From NCBI GenBank assembly GCA_963749075.1, contig CAVVLJ010000017.1, positions 960,001 to 1,024,000 of the forward strand: a stretch of DNA of 64,000 nt, given 5' to 3'. This document shows positions 9,195-17,981 of this stretch, piece by piece. This stretch comes from an uncultured Pseudomonadota bacterium. Lineage in GTDB: Bacteria; Pseudomonadota; Alphaproteobacteria; JACZXZ01. The notes below the pieces were generated by a model, which made no database searches, was not told where the DNA came from, and was given only the letters and a program-made list of their open reading frames with translations. Both the position numbers and the translations under genes were made by a program. Numbering within the stretch: position 1 is the first letter of the stretch; every line of letters begins with the position of its first letter.

Positions 9195-10121
9195 TCAGCC
9201 CTCCTCGGCCCGATGCGGGATCTGGCGCACCGTGTTCTTGAGCACGCCGATGCCCTCGACCTCGGCCTCGACCACGTCGCCGTCCTTGAGGAAGCACGGC
9301 GGGTTCATGGCGAAGCCGACGCCGCTCGGCGTGCCCGTGGCGATCACGTCGCCGGCGTCGAGCGTGAGCCCCTCCGAGAGCGAGGCGATGATCGTCTTCA
9401 AATCGAAGATCATGTATTTGGTGTTCGAGCTCTGGCGCTCCTCGCCGTTGACGCGCAGCTTGAGGTCGAGGTTCTGCGCATCGGCGATGGCGCTCGCATG
9501 CACGATCCAGGGGCCCATCGGGCAGGAGCCGTCGAGGGACTTCCCCTTGAACCATTGCTCGTGGCGGCGCTGCAGGTCGCGGCCCGTCACGTCGTTGATG
9601 ATGGTGTAGCCGAAGATGTGCGAGAGCGCCTTCTCCTTCGGGATGTTGCGCCCGCGCTTGCCGATGACGACGCCGAGCTCGACCTCGTAATCGAGCTTCT
9701 GCGTCACCTCGGCGTCGAGCGGGATGTCGTCGCCGGGGCCGATGATCGCGGTGAGCGGCTTGGTGAAGAACTGCGCGAACTCGGGCAGCTTCATCTCGCT
9801 GCCGCGCGCGCGGTAGCCCTCGGCCACGTGCTCGACGTAGTTGCGCCCGACGCAGAAGATGTTCTTGCGCGGCTCCGGGATGGGGGCGATGAGCCGCACC
9901 TCCTTGAGATCGAGGGCCGCATTCGCGCCGCCGCCCGCACTCCCCCGCTTCGCCGCCTCGCGGAGCGCCGCCTCGCCCGCGGCCCCCGCGCGCACGATGT
10001 CGAGGGCACTTCTGAGCGGTCCCTTGCCCGGCAGGCTCTCCGAGAGGTCGAGCACGCGCCCGCCGTCGAGGAGCAGACCGGGTGCCGTGCGATTGTGCTG
10101 GCGAAAGGTCACGAGCCGCAT
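9195..10121 (-). CDS. Fumarylacetoacetate hydrolase family protein
   Basis: IFCVGRNY..H, FFTK, LDYEVEL, GYTIINDVTGRDLQ, GKSLDGSCPMGPW, DVIATGTPSGVG. Confidence 0.92.
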   Translation of the reverse strand: MRLVTFRQHNRTAPGLLLDGGRVLDLSESLPGKGPLRSALDIVRAGAAGEAALREAAKRGSAGGGANAALDLKEVRLIAPIPEPRKNIFCVGRNYVEHVAEGYRARGSEMKLPEFAQFFTKPLTAIIGPGDDIPLDAEVTQKLDYEVELGVVIGKRGRNIPKEKALSHIFGYTIINDVTGRDLQRRHEQWFKGKSLDGSCPMGPWIVHASAIADAQNLDLKLRVNGEERQSSNTKYMIFDLKTIIASLSEGLTLDAGDVIATGTPSGVGFAMNPPCFLKDGDVVEAEVEGIGVLKNTVRQIPHRAEEG

Positions 10122-10275
10122 GGGGGAGCCTTTCCGTTGGAAAGCGACGCCGCCATCAAAATGGAGAACCCTCTCGGCCGCAACAGCAAAAAGTGCCGAA
10201 CATCCCCGCTTGCGACAGAGCACGGCTCGCCTAGAATGCGGTTCCGCGCGACGCGCACGGCAAAGGGAGCCGCCG

Positions 10276-11283
10276 ATGGACTATCGCACCCTCGGCAAGA
10301 GCGGCATCAAGGTCTCGCCGCTCTGCCTCGGCACCATGATGTTCGGCGGCCCGACCGACGAGCAGACGAGCCTGCGCCTCGTCGCCAAGGCCGAGGCGGC
10401 CGGCGTCAATTTCATCGACACGGCCAACCAGTACAACGCCGGCAAGTCGGAGGAGATCGTCGGCCGCGCCGTCAAGGCGCGGCGCCACGACTGGGTGCTC
10501 GCGACCAAGCTCTGCAATGCCATGGGACCCGGGCCCAACCAGCGCGGTCTCTCGCGCGGCTGGATGCAGCAGGCGGTCGAGGGCAGCTTGAAGCGTCTCG
10601 GCACCGATTACATCAACGTCTATTACTTCCATCGCGAGGACCCGGACACGCCGCTCGCCGCCTCGGTCGCGACGGTGGGCGATCTCATCCGCGCCGGCAA
10701 GGTGCGCTATTTCGGCCTCTCCAACTTCCGCGCCTGGCGCATCGCCGAGATCGCGCGCCTCTCGGACCAGCTTGGCATCGACCGCCCGATCGTGAGCCAG
10801 CCCTATTACAACGCGCTGAACCGCGGGCCCGAGGTCGAGCAGCTCCCGGTCTCAGCCTATTACGGGCTCGGGGTGGTGCCCTATAGCCCGCTCGCCCGCG
10901 GCGTGCTCACCGGCAAGTACCTGCCCAACGCCCCGTTAGCACCGGATACGCGTGCCGGACGGAAGGACAAGCGCATGATGGAAAGCGAGTGGCGCCCCGA
11001 ATCCCTCGAGATCGCCCAGAAGGTGAAGGCCCATGCCGAGGCGCGCGGCATGACGGCCGGCCAGTTCGCCTTCAACTGGGTGCTCAACAACGCGCTCGTC
11101 AGCGCGGCCATTGCCGGCCCGCGCACCGAGGCGCAGCTCGACGACTATCTGGGGGCGTTCCGGCACCCTTTCACCGCCGAGGACGAGGCGCTCATCGACG
11201 GGCTCGTCGCCGCCGGCCATCCCTCGACACCCGGCTACAACGATCCGAGCTATCCCATCGAAGGGCGCGTATCGCGATGCTGA
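10276..11283 (+). CDS. Aldo/keto reductase
   Basis: LGKSGIKVSPLCLGTMMFG, IDTANQY, ATK, SLKRLGTDYI, YSPLARGVLTGKY. Confidence 0.92.
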   Translation: MDYRTLGKSGIKVSPLCLGTMMFGGPTDEQTSLRLVAKAEAAGVNFIDTANQYNAGKSEEIVGRAVKARRHDWVLATKLCNAMGPGPNQRGLSRGWMQQAVEGSLKRLGTDYINVYYFHREDPDTPLAASVATVGDLIRAGKVRYFGLSNFRAWRIAEIARLSDQLGIDRPIVSQPYYNALNRGPEVEQLPVSAYYGLGVVPYSPLARGVLTGKYLPNAPLAPDTRAGRKDKRMMESEWRPESLEIAQKVKAHAEARGMTAGQFAFNWVLNNALVSAAIAGPRTEAQLDDYLGAFRHPFTAEDEALIDGLVAAGHPSTPGYNDPSYPIEGRVSRC

Positions 11284-12686
11284 AGAGCACCTCGCTACTG
11301 TCCCGAGCCGGCCTGACCTTGGCGCTCGCCGCCCTGCCGGCGCTTCACGCCCGTGCCGGCGATCAGAGCGGCCTCATCGTCAATACGGCGGTCGCCGGGC
11401 CAACCCTCACCTTCGACTGGCCGGCGCTCGAGATCGGCATCGGCTCTTACGAGGAGGGGCCAACGGGCGTCACCATCTTCCGCTTCCCCAAGGGGGCGAG
11501 TGCCGCGGTCGACGTGCGCGGCGGAGCGCCGGGGACGCTCAACACCGACCTCCTGCGCCTCGGCTACGGAGCTCCCTTCGTCTCTGCCGTCGTGCTCACG
11601 GGCGGCTCCGCCTATGGCGAGGAGACGATTACCGCGGTCGAGACCGGCCTCAAGGACGACGGCGCCGCCTCGGGCGATTGGGACCACATCGCCCTCGTGC
11701 CCGGTGCGGTGATCTACGACTTCGGCTCCCGGCGCCTCAACGCGATCTATCCCGACAAGCGGTTAGCGCAAGCGGCCCTCCACGCGCTGAGGCCGGGCGT
11801 CTTCCCGCTCGGCGCCCAGGGTGCCGGCCGCATGGCGATGCAGGGCGGCTATTTCGGTTGCCTCGCCCATTCCGGCCAAGGCGGCGCCTTCCGCCAGGTG
11901 GGAGCCACCAAGATCGCCACCTTCGTGGTGGTCAATGCGCTCGGCGCCATCACCGGCCGCGACGGCCGCCTCGCGAGCTGCAACCGCGGCAAGTCGTGGG
12001 GCAACCTCGCCAAAACGTCCGAGCTCCTGCGTCACCTGCCGGAGAGCCTCAAGCCCGCATGGGACGCCTCGGCCGCCGAGAAGGCGCTCGGCGCCCCGTC
12101 CCAGGCCAACACCACGATCAGCCTGGTGGTGACCAACCGCAAGCTCGCGCCCTGGGCGCTCCAGCGCCTCGCGGTCCAGGTGCAGAGCTCGATGGCGCGG
12201 GCGATCCAGCCCTTCTCGACCCAATTCGACGGCGACACCCTCTTTGCCGTCTCGACCGGCGAGGTCGAGGACAAGGAGCTCTCGCCCATCAATCTCGGCG
12301 CCATCGCGGGCGAGCTCATGTGGGACGCCATCCTCGCGAGCGTGCCGCAGGAAAAGCCCTTCGTGGCGCCCGCGGCACCGGCCGCGGTCGGCGCCGATCA
12401 GCTCGCCGCCTATGCGGGGAAATACGCCTTCGGCGATGCCGCCCTCCTCGAGGTCCGCGTCGAGGACGGCAAGCTCACGGTGCGCTCGGCCGGCGAGGCT
12501 GCCGTCTTCGAGTTCGGCAACGCCGCCCCCACCGCCGTCTCAGCACTCTCGCCGAGCGAGTTCTACGTGGACGGCCGCTACCACACCCGCATCGCCTTCA
12601 CCAGGGATGCCTCCGGCCGCGTCACCGGCGCCGTCCTCAATCCCGGCCGCTGGGAGCAGAAGGGACGGCGCGTGGCAGACGAGTGA
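11277..12686 (+). CDS. Signal-peptide-bearing P1-family (DmpA/NylC) Ntn hydrolase, NylC-like, with C-terminal DUF3471-like domain
   Basis: YEEGPTG, VDVRGGA, AVIYDF..R..AIYPDK, GQGGAFR, N-TTIS autocleavage site, SSMARAIQPF..FDGDTLFAVST, LGAIAGELMWDAIL; N-terminal signal peptide; extra ~95-aa beta-rich tail. Confidence 0.85.
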   Translation: MLKSTSLLSRAGLTLALAALPALHARAGDQSGLIVNTAVAGPTLTFDWPALEIGIGSYEEGPTGVTIFRFPKGASAAVDVRGGAPGTLNTDLLRLGYGAPFVSAVVLTGGSAYGEETITAVETGLKDDGAASGDWDHIALVPGAVIYDFGSRRLNAIYPDKRLAQAALHALRPGVFPLGAQGAGRMAMQGGYFGCLAHSGQGGAFRQVGATKIATFVVVNALGAITGRDGRLASCNRGKSWGNLAKTSELLRHLPESLKPAWDASAAEKALGAPSQANTTISLVVTNRKLAPWALQRLAVQVQSSMARAIQPFSTQFDGDTLFAVSTGEVEDKELSPINLGAIAGELMWDAILASVPQEKPFVAPAAPAAVGADQLAAYAGKYAFGDAALLEVRVEDGKLTVRSAGEAAVFEFGNAAPTAVSALSPSEFYVDGRYHTRIAFTRDASGRVTGAVLNPGRWEQKGRRVADE

Positions 12687-12808
12687 CGCGCGCGGTCATG
12701 GCCATCGAGTGGCGTCTCCCGCGCCACGCAAGAGCGCTCCCGCGATGATTATGGGTGCCGACCTGTCCCAGCCGTGGCGCAGCCAGACGCATTCGCACTC
12801 GCTTCCGA

Positions 12809-13366
12809 TCATGCCTGCTTGCCGCCCGGCTCCGGCTGCGAATTGTAGATTCGCTCGTAGATGCGATCGATTGAGCTCTTGCGCACGGTTTCCCGGATAA
12901 GTGCGGCGTCGGCCTCCGAGATCAGCGGCATGCCCGTCCCCTTGCGGAACAAGCCCGGTCGCTTCGCGGCTAGCAACAGAAGCCGAATCATCGAGGAGCT
13001 GGGCCCGACCTCGCCGGATTCGTATTTCTCGAACGCCTTGGCGCCCCCACCGAACACGCGGGCCGCATCCTGCTGCGACAGGCCGCACACCTCGCGGATC
13101 GCTCTGATCTGGAGCGGCGTCAGGGCCGTACGTTTCGCTTTGGCTCTGGCCTCGCGCCGGGCGGCGGCGCGAATCACGTTGTCCTCATCGGTCAGTTGAC
13201 CCTCGGTATCCTTCGGATCATCGAGTGACGCCCACCATCCCGGCTGCCCGTAGGTGAAGGGCTGGCCGTCCACGGTGATCGTGAGCATCTTCACCCCTCG
13301 CGTGAGCGCCCGGCCGCTTTCCGCGCTTGCAATGACGTTTGGATAATCCCGTGGGTTATTGGTCAT
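12809..13366 (-). CDS. mqsA: MqsA-family antitoxin (HTH-XRE) without CxxC motifs and with a C-terminal extension
   Basis: LTPLQIRAIRE..GLSQQDAARVFGGGAKAFEKYESGE; ATGA overlap with mqsR. Confidence 0.85.
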   Translation of the reverse strand: MTNNPRDYPNVIASAESGRALTRGVKMLTITVDGQPFTYGQPGWWASLDDPKDTEGQLTDEDNVIRAAARREARAKAKRTALTPLQIRAIREVCGLSQQDAARVFGGGAKAFEKYESGEVGPSSSMIRLLLLAAKRPGLFRKGTGMPLISEADAALIRETVRKSSIDRIYERIYNSQPEPGGKQA

Positions 13367-13677
13367 GGCTCGTTCTCCTTGAAGCTGATGAGCAACAGCT
13401 CCCCTCGCGCGTCCAGCGTGAACTTCACATAGAGCTCGCGACCTTCAACGACCGGCTTATAGACATCCTGCCAAATCGCAGGATTAGCATCGGATGGCAT
13501 TGATTTATCGAAATCACGCGCCGTAAGACCGGCAATCACGTCGGTCACTTCCAGCTCGTCCAGCCCAAGCTCTTCCGCTCCGTCCGCTGCCGTCATCGTC
13601 CGGTTCATCCGGGCCACATCAGCGAAGGCAGCCTTGACTATCTTTAGCTGGTAACGCGGTTTCCGCCGCCTCCTCAT
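13363..13677 (-). CDS. mqsR: MqsR-family mRNA interferase toxin
   Basis: KPRYQL, DFDKSM, WQDVYKP, LYVKFT, LLISFKE. Confidence 0.92.
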   Translation of the reverse strand: MRRRRKPRYQLKIVKAAFADVARMNRTMTAADGAEELGLDELEVTDVIAGLTARDFDKSMPSDANPAIWQDVYKPVVEGRELYVKFTLDARGELLLISFKENEP

Positions 13678-13711
13678 ACCCCCATATTGGGGGTAGATGA
13701 GAGATTGTCAA
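13677..13711 (-). promoter_or_regulatory. Putative mqsRA promoter and palindromic operator
   Basis: Minus-strand TTGACA (13711-13706), 16 nt, CAATAT (13689-13684); perfect IR TACCCCCA-TAT-TGGGGGTA (13677-13695). Confidence 0.7.
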
Positions 13712-13892
13712 GGGACCTTGGCACCGCCCATTGGCCCGTCCAGCCCGTGGCGCGACGAGGTCGGGGACGTCCGCATCAGGCTCTTTGGCGACGAGCATAG
13801 CCGAGGTGAAACGGGGGGCGCCGTCGCGCTCCGAATAAGTGAGAAACGCGAGCGCGCTCAGCTTGCACTCGACGAGGCTGGCGCGGCGCCCC

Positions 13893-14189
13893 CTATGCCC
13901 CGCGCAGGAGCGCTTCGGCGATCGTCTCCCACTCCTCGGCGAGCGGCTCCTTGGCCGCCGCGCGGCCGGCGCGGCTATACCAGTAGCCGGCGTTCGATTG
14001 GTCGCCCTCCTTGCGGTGGAGATAGGCGTGCACCCAGCAGCCGTCCTTCTCCTCCTCCACCTGCTGCGCGCATTTGTGCGCCTTGTCCCAGTCGCCCTTG
14101 GCGTCCCACCACAGCGCCTGCACCTCGAGGCTCAGCTCCTTGGGAGGCTCTTCGAGCGCGACCGACTTCTTGAAGCTCGCCAGGTCCAT
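13893..14189 (-). CDS. Conserved hypothetical small helical protein
   Basis: LWWDAKGDWDKAH..AQ...WVHAYLHRKEGD.SNAGYWY motif; strong coding bias. Confidence 0.8.
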   Translation of the reverse strand: MDLASFKKSVALEEPPKELSLEVQALWWDAKGDWDKAHKCAQQVEEEKDGCWVHAYLHRKEGDQSNAGYWYSRAGRAAAKEPLAEEWETIAEALLRGA

Positions 14190-14261
14190 GTTTACGACCC
14201 TCGCAACCATCGCTGTCACCGAATTTAGCCCGAATGAGCGGCTCGCGAAACCGCCCGCACC

Positions 14262-15167
14262 TTAACCGTGCCCAGCGAGCCTCTTGAGCTCTTGGCCGAG
14301 CAGGAGGAACTCCTCGCGCCGCGCGGTGTGGCGGCGCCAGGCGAGGCCGACCTCGCGTGCCGGCGCCTTGCCCTCGAGCGGGATGATGCGGAGCGAGGTG
14401 CCCTTGGCGATCCCTGCGTCGATGGCAAGCTGGGGGAGGAGCGTCACCCCGAGGCCGTTCGCCACCATCTGCACGATGGTGTGGAGGCTGGTCGCCTCGA
14501 AGGGATCGACCTGCGGGCGCGTGCGCGGGCGGCAGGCATTGAGCGCGTGCTGACGCAGGCAGTGGCCGTCCTCGAGCAGCAGCAGGTTCTCCTTGGCCAC
14601 TTCGGCCGCCGTGACGCTCCGGCGGCCGGCCAGCGGATGGTCGGCGGGGCAGCAGAAGCTGAAGGGGTCCTCGAAGAGCGTCTCGCACTCGATGTTGCCT
14701 ACCTCGTAGGGAAGGGCCAGCAGCACCACGTCGAGCTCCCCCGCCTGCAGCCGCTCGACGAGGCGCTCGGTCACGTCCTCCCTCAGATAGAGGCGCAAGC
14801 GGCGATGGCTGCGCCGCAGCCGGCCGAGCACGCGGGGCAGGAGGAAGGGGCCGATGGTCGGGATGACGCCCATGCGCAGCGTGCCCGCGAGCGGCTCGCC
14901 CGCCGCCTGCGCCGCGCGCGTGAGCTCCTCCGCACCCTCGAGGATGTCGCGCGCGCGGCGCACCGTCTCCTCGCCGAGCGGCGTGAGCAACACCGAGCGC
15001 TTGCTGCGCTCGACGAGGACCGCCTGCAGCGTCTCCTCGAGCTCCTTGATGCTGGCCGAGAGCGTCGACTGGGTGACGTGGCAGGCGGCGGCGGCCTTGC
15101 CGAAATGGCGGTGCTCGGCAAGTGCCGCGAGATGGCGCAGCTGGCGGAGCGTGGGAAGCGGGGTCAT
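14262..15167 (-). CDS. oxyR: OxyR-like LysR regulator (H2O2 sensor)
   Basis: TLRQLRHL..HFGKAAAACHVTQSTLSASIKELE; LLEDGHCLRQHALNAC with both redox Cys; ATSLHTIVQMVANGLGVTLLP. Confidence 0.85.
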   Translation of the reverse strand: MTPLPTLRQLRHLAALAEHRHFGKAAAACHVTQSTLSASIKELEETLQAVLVERSKRSVLLTPLGEETVRRARDILEGAEELTRAAQAAGEPLAGTLRMGVIPTIGPFLLPRVLGRLRRSHRRLRLYLREDVTERLVERLQAGELDVVLLALPYEVGNIECETLFEDPFSFCCPADHPLAGRRSVTAAEVAKENLLLLEDGHCLRQHALNACRPRTRPQVDPFEATSLHTIVQMVANGLGVTLLPQLAIDAGIAKGTSLRIIPLEGKAPAREVGLAWRRHTARREEFLLLGQELKRLAGHG

Positions 15168-15844
15168 CACTCCCTCTCTCCCTTCAGGGGGAGAGGGTCG
15201 GGGTGAGGGGGCGAGCCTTCGCCGGCCCGCCCCAAGAGCATCGCCGCCTCGGCGAGGTCCTCGGGACGGTTGGCATTGAAGAAGGGATCGACGGGTGTCG
15301 CCGCGAAATCGACCTCGACGAGCCTGTAGCGCGCGGTCCACAGGTCGACCTTGCGCAGGCCCTCCTCGACGAGCGCCTTGGCGAGCGCGCCGTGAAGCGC
15401 CACCGGCCAGAGGGCGAAGACGGGATGGCTCTGCCCGCCGCTTCTGGCAGAGGCAATGTCGGCGCCCTCCGCCGCGACCGCGGCCAGGAGCCGGGCCACG
15501 AGGTCGCGCGGCAGGAACGGCGCGTCGCAGGCGAAGCTCGCGAGGAAGGAGGCCTGCGGCAGCGCCTCGCGCGCCCAGGCCATGCCGGCAAGGATGCCGG
15601 CAAGGGGACCCGCGAAGCCCGCGATGCCGTCTGCGCGCACGGGCAAGCCAAAGCCGGCGAAGCGCGCCGGATCGCCGTTGGCATTGAGCATGAGTGCCGC
15701 CACCTGCGGCCGCGCGCGCTCGATGACGCGGGCGAGGATGGTCTTGCCGGCGAGCGGCCTCAAGCACTTGTCGCCGCCGCCCATGCGGCGCGAGAGGCCG
15801 CCCGCGAGCAGCACGCCCGCGACCTCAGCCACCACGGCGCTCAC
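15167..15844 (-). CDS. mobA: Molybdenum cofactor guanylyltransferase
   Basis: LAGGLSRRMGGGDK, GPLAGI, CDAPF, HPVFALW, FFNANRPEDL. Confidence 0.93.
   Translation of the reverse strand: MSAVVAEVAGVLLAGGLSRRMGGGDKCLRPLAGKTILARVIERARPQVAALMLNANGDPARFAGFGLPVRADGIAGFAGPLAGILAGMAWAREALPQASFLASFACDAPFLPRDLVARLLAAVAAEGADIASARSGGQSHPVFALWPVALHGALAKALVEEGLRKVDLWTARYRLVEVDFAATPVDPFFNANRPEDLAEAAMLLGRAGEGSPPHPDPLPLKGERE
15172..15211. repeat. Family A REP-like half element inside the mobA 3' end
   Basis: ccctctctcccttcagggggagagggtcggggtgaggggg; encodes PPHPDPLPLKGERE of MobA. Confidence 0.75.
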
Positions 15845-16800
15845 TCATCGTCGGAGAGGCTCGACTTGCGCCGCACCTCGCGCGGCTCGGCGGCGACCGC
15901 GTGAAGGTCCGCGTCGTAGCGGATGCGGTGCTCGCCCGCGAGTGCCAGGAAGCGCTTCCCCTTGGCGCGGCCGATGAGCGTGAGATCGGCCTTCTTCGCG
16001 AGCTCGACGCCCCAGGCGGTGAAGCCCGAGCGCGAGACGAGGATGGGGATGCGCATCTGCACGCACTTGATCACCATCTCGCTGGTGAGCCGGCCGGTCG
16101 TGTAGAAGATCTTGCCCTCGGGCTTGACGCCGTTCATGAGCATGTAGCCGGCGATCTTGTCGATGGCGTTGTGGCGGCCCACGTCCTCCATATAGACGAG
16201 CGGGCGGTCCTCCTCGCAGAGCACGCAGCCGTGGATGGCGCCGGCCTCGAGATAGAGGCTCGGGCAGGTGTTGATCTTCTTGGCGAGCGCGTAGAGCCAG
16301 GAGGTGCGCAAGACCGCGTCCTTCGGCAGGCGCACCTCGTCGAACTTCTCCATGAGGTCGCCGAACACGGTGCCCTGGGCGCAGCCCGAGGTGCGCACCT
16401 TGCGCTTGAGCTTGGCCTCGTAGTCGGTGCGCCGCCGCGTGCGCACCACCACGAGCTCGAGCTCCTCGTCGTGCTCGATGGCGGTGATCTCGTCGTCCGG
16501 CCGCAGCATGTTCTGGTTGAGGAGATAGCCGACCGCGAGATAGTCGGGGTGGTCGCCGACCGTCATCAGGGTGACGATCTCCTGGCCGTTGAGGAAGAGC
16601 GTGAGCGGCCGCTCGACCACCACCGCCGTCTCGACCGCGTTGCCCTCCTGGTCGCGCCCCGAAACGCGCCGCGTGAGCCGAGCATCGCCCGGGTCCGGAC
16701 GCACTGCGAACTCGCCGAGTGGGGCCGCCCGCGGCGGCACCCTCGCCGCCGGCTTCGCCTTGCGCGCCGCCGCACCTTCCGCCATTCCCTTGATCCTCAT
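15841..16800 (-). CDS. fdhD: Formate dehydrogenase accessory sulfurtransferase FdhD
   Basis: ERPLTLFLN, TSGCAQG, GAIHG, EDVGRHNAIDK, TTGRLTSEMV; start could be 16785. Confidence 0.92.
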   Translation of the reverse strand: MRIKGMAEGAAARKAKPAARVPPRAAPLGEFAVRPDPGDARLTRRVSGRDQEGNAVETAVVVERPLTLFLNGQEIVTLMTVGDHPDYLAVGYLLNQNMLRPDDEITAIEHDEELELVVVRTRRRTDYEAKLKRKVRTSGCAQGTVFGDLMEKFDEVRLPKDAVLRTSWLYALAKKINTCPSLYLEAGAIHGCVLCEEDRPLVYMEDVGRHNAIDKIAGYMLMNGVKPEGKIFYTTGRLTSEMVIKCVQMRIPILVSRSGFTAWGVELAKKADLTLIGRAKGKRFLALAGEHRIRYDADLHAVAAEPREVRRKSSLSDDE

Positions 16801-16868
16801 ATCCCTTCGCTCTCAATATGCGTCGATGCGCGCGAGCGGGCAAGGCGCCCCGGCCGGGAACGCGGCAC

Positions 16869-17969
16869 TCAGGGACGGTTCGCGGCGTTCGCGATGACGT
16901 GGATGGCCGCCGGATCGATCTCCGCTGCCAGGCGAACGCCCGGTGCGAGCGCCAGCTCGCGCGCCGTGCGGCTCAGCACGTAGGCGACGAGCGGAAAGCC
17001 GCAGTCCGTCACGACGCGGACGAGCGGCCCGAGGCTGCTCACGGCGACGACAGCACCGGGCAGACGGTTGTCGGCTGCGCGGCCGCCGCTCGCCGCGGGC
17101 GCTTGCGGGTGGCTCAGTCTCACGGCCTCCGCGCGGATGCAGAGGATGGCGGTGCCGCCGGCCGAGGCGCCCTCGCCGGCCGCCGCGTGAAGCCTCCTCC
17201 CGGCCACCTGGAGAACCGCCGCCCCGTCCTCCCGGCCCAGCACCCGCGCGTCGAGGATGTTCTCGACGCGGAGGAAGTCGGCGACGAAGCGGCTGGCCGG
17301 CTTATCGAACACCTCCGCAGGCGCGCCCATCTGCACGATCTCGCCGGCGCGCATCACGCCCACCTTGTCGGCGAGCGTGATGGCGTCGACGTGATCGTGG
17401 GTGACGAAGATCGCCGGGATGCGGGCGTCGGAGATGAAGCGCTTGAGCTCCGCGCGCAACGCCTCGCCGGTGCGCGCGTCGAGCGCCGAGAAGGGCTCGT
17501 CGAAGAGAAAGACGCGCGGCCGCGTGGCGAGGCTGCGCGCGAGCGCCACGCGCTGCTTCTCGCCCGGGCTCAAGGCGGCCGGGCTGCGCCCGGACAGCGC
17601 CGCGAGCCCGAAGCGCGCGAGGAGCGCCGCCACGTCCGCCGCCCGCCGGCGCTCGCCGCGCGCGCTCAAGCCGAAGGCGACGTTCTCCGCGACGCTCAAA
17701 TGGGGAAACAGCCCGAAATTCTGGAAGATGAAGCCGACGTGGCGGCGCTCCGGCGGCTCAGCCGTCACGTCCCGCCCGCCGATCACGACGCGGCCCGCCG
17801 CCGGCCGGTGGAAGCCGGCGATGACCTCGAGGGTGACGGACTTGCCCGCCCCGTTGGGGCCGAGGATGACGGCGATCTCGCCGGCCTCGAGGGCCAGACG
17901 GAGATTGCGCAGCGCGAAGGCGCCGAGCGTCAGCGAGACGTCCTCGAGCGCCACGGCGGGAGCGCTCAC
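16869..17969 (-). CDS. Tungstate/molybdate ABC transporter ATPase (WtpC-like, TOBE domain)
   Basis: GPNGAGKS, FQNFGLFPHL, LSPGEKQRVALAR, DEPFSALD, FVTHD. Confidence 0.85.
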   Translation of the reverse strand: MSAPAVALEDVSLTLGAFALRNLRLALEAGEIAVILGPNGAGKSVTLEVIAGFHRPAAGRVVIGGRDVTAEPPERRHVGFIFQNFGLFPHLSVAENVAFGLSARGERRRAADVAALLARFGLAALSGRSPAALSPGEKQRVALARSLATRPRVFLFDEPFSALDARTGEALRAELKRFISDARIPAIFVTHDHVDAITLADKVGVMRAGEIVQMGAPAEVFDKPASRFVADFLRVENILDARVLGREDGAAVLQVAGRRLHAAAGEGASAGGTAILCIRAEAVRLSHPQAPAASGGRAADNRLPGAVVAVSSLGPLVRVVTDCGFPLVAYVLSRTARELALAPGVRLAAEIDPAAIHVIANAANRP

Positions 17970-17981
17970 GGGTGCCGCCGC

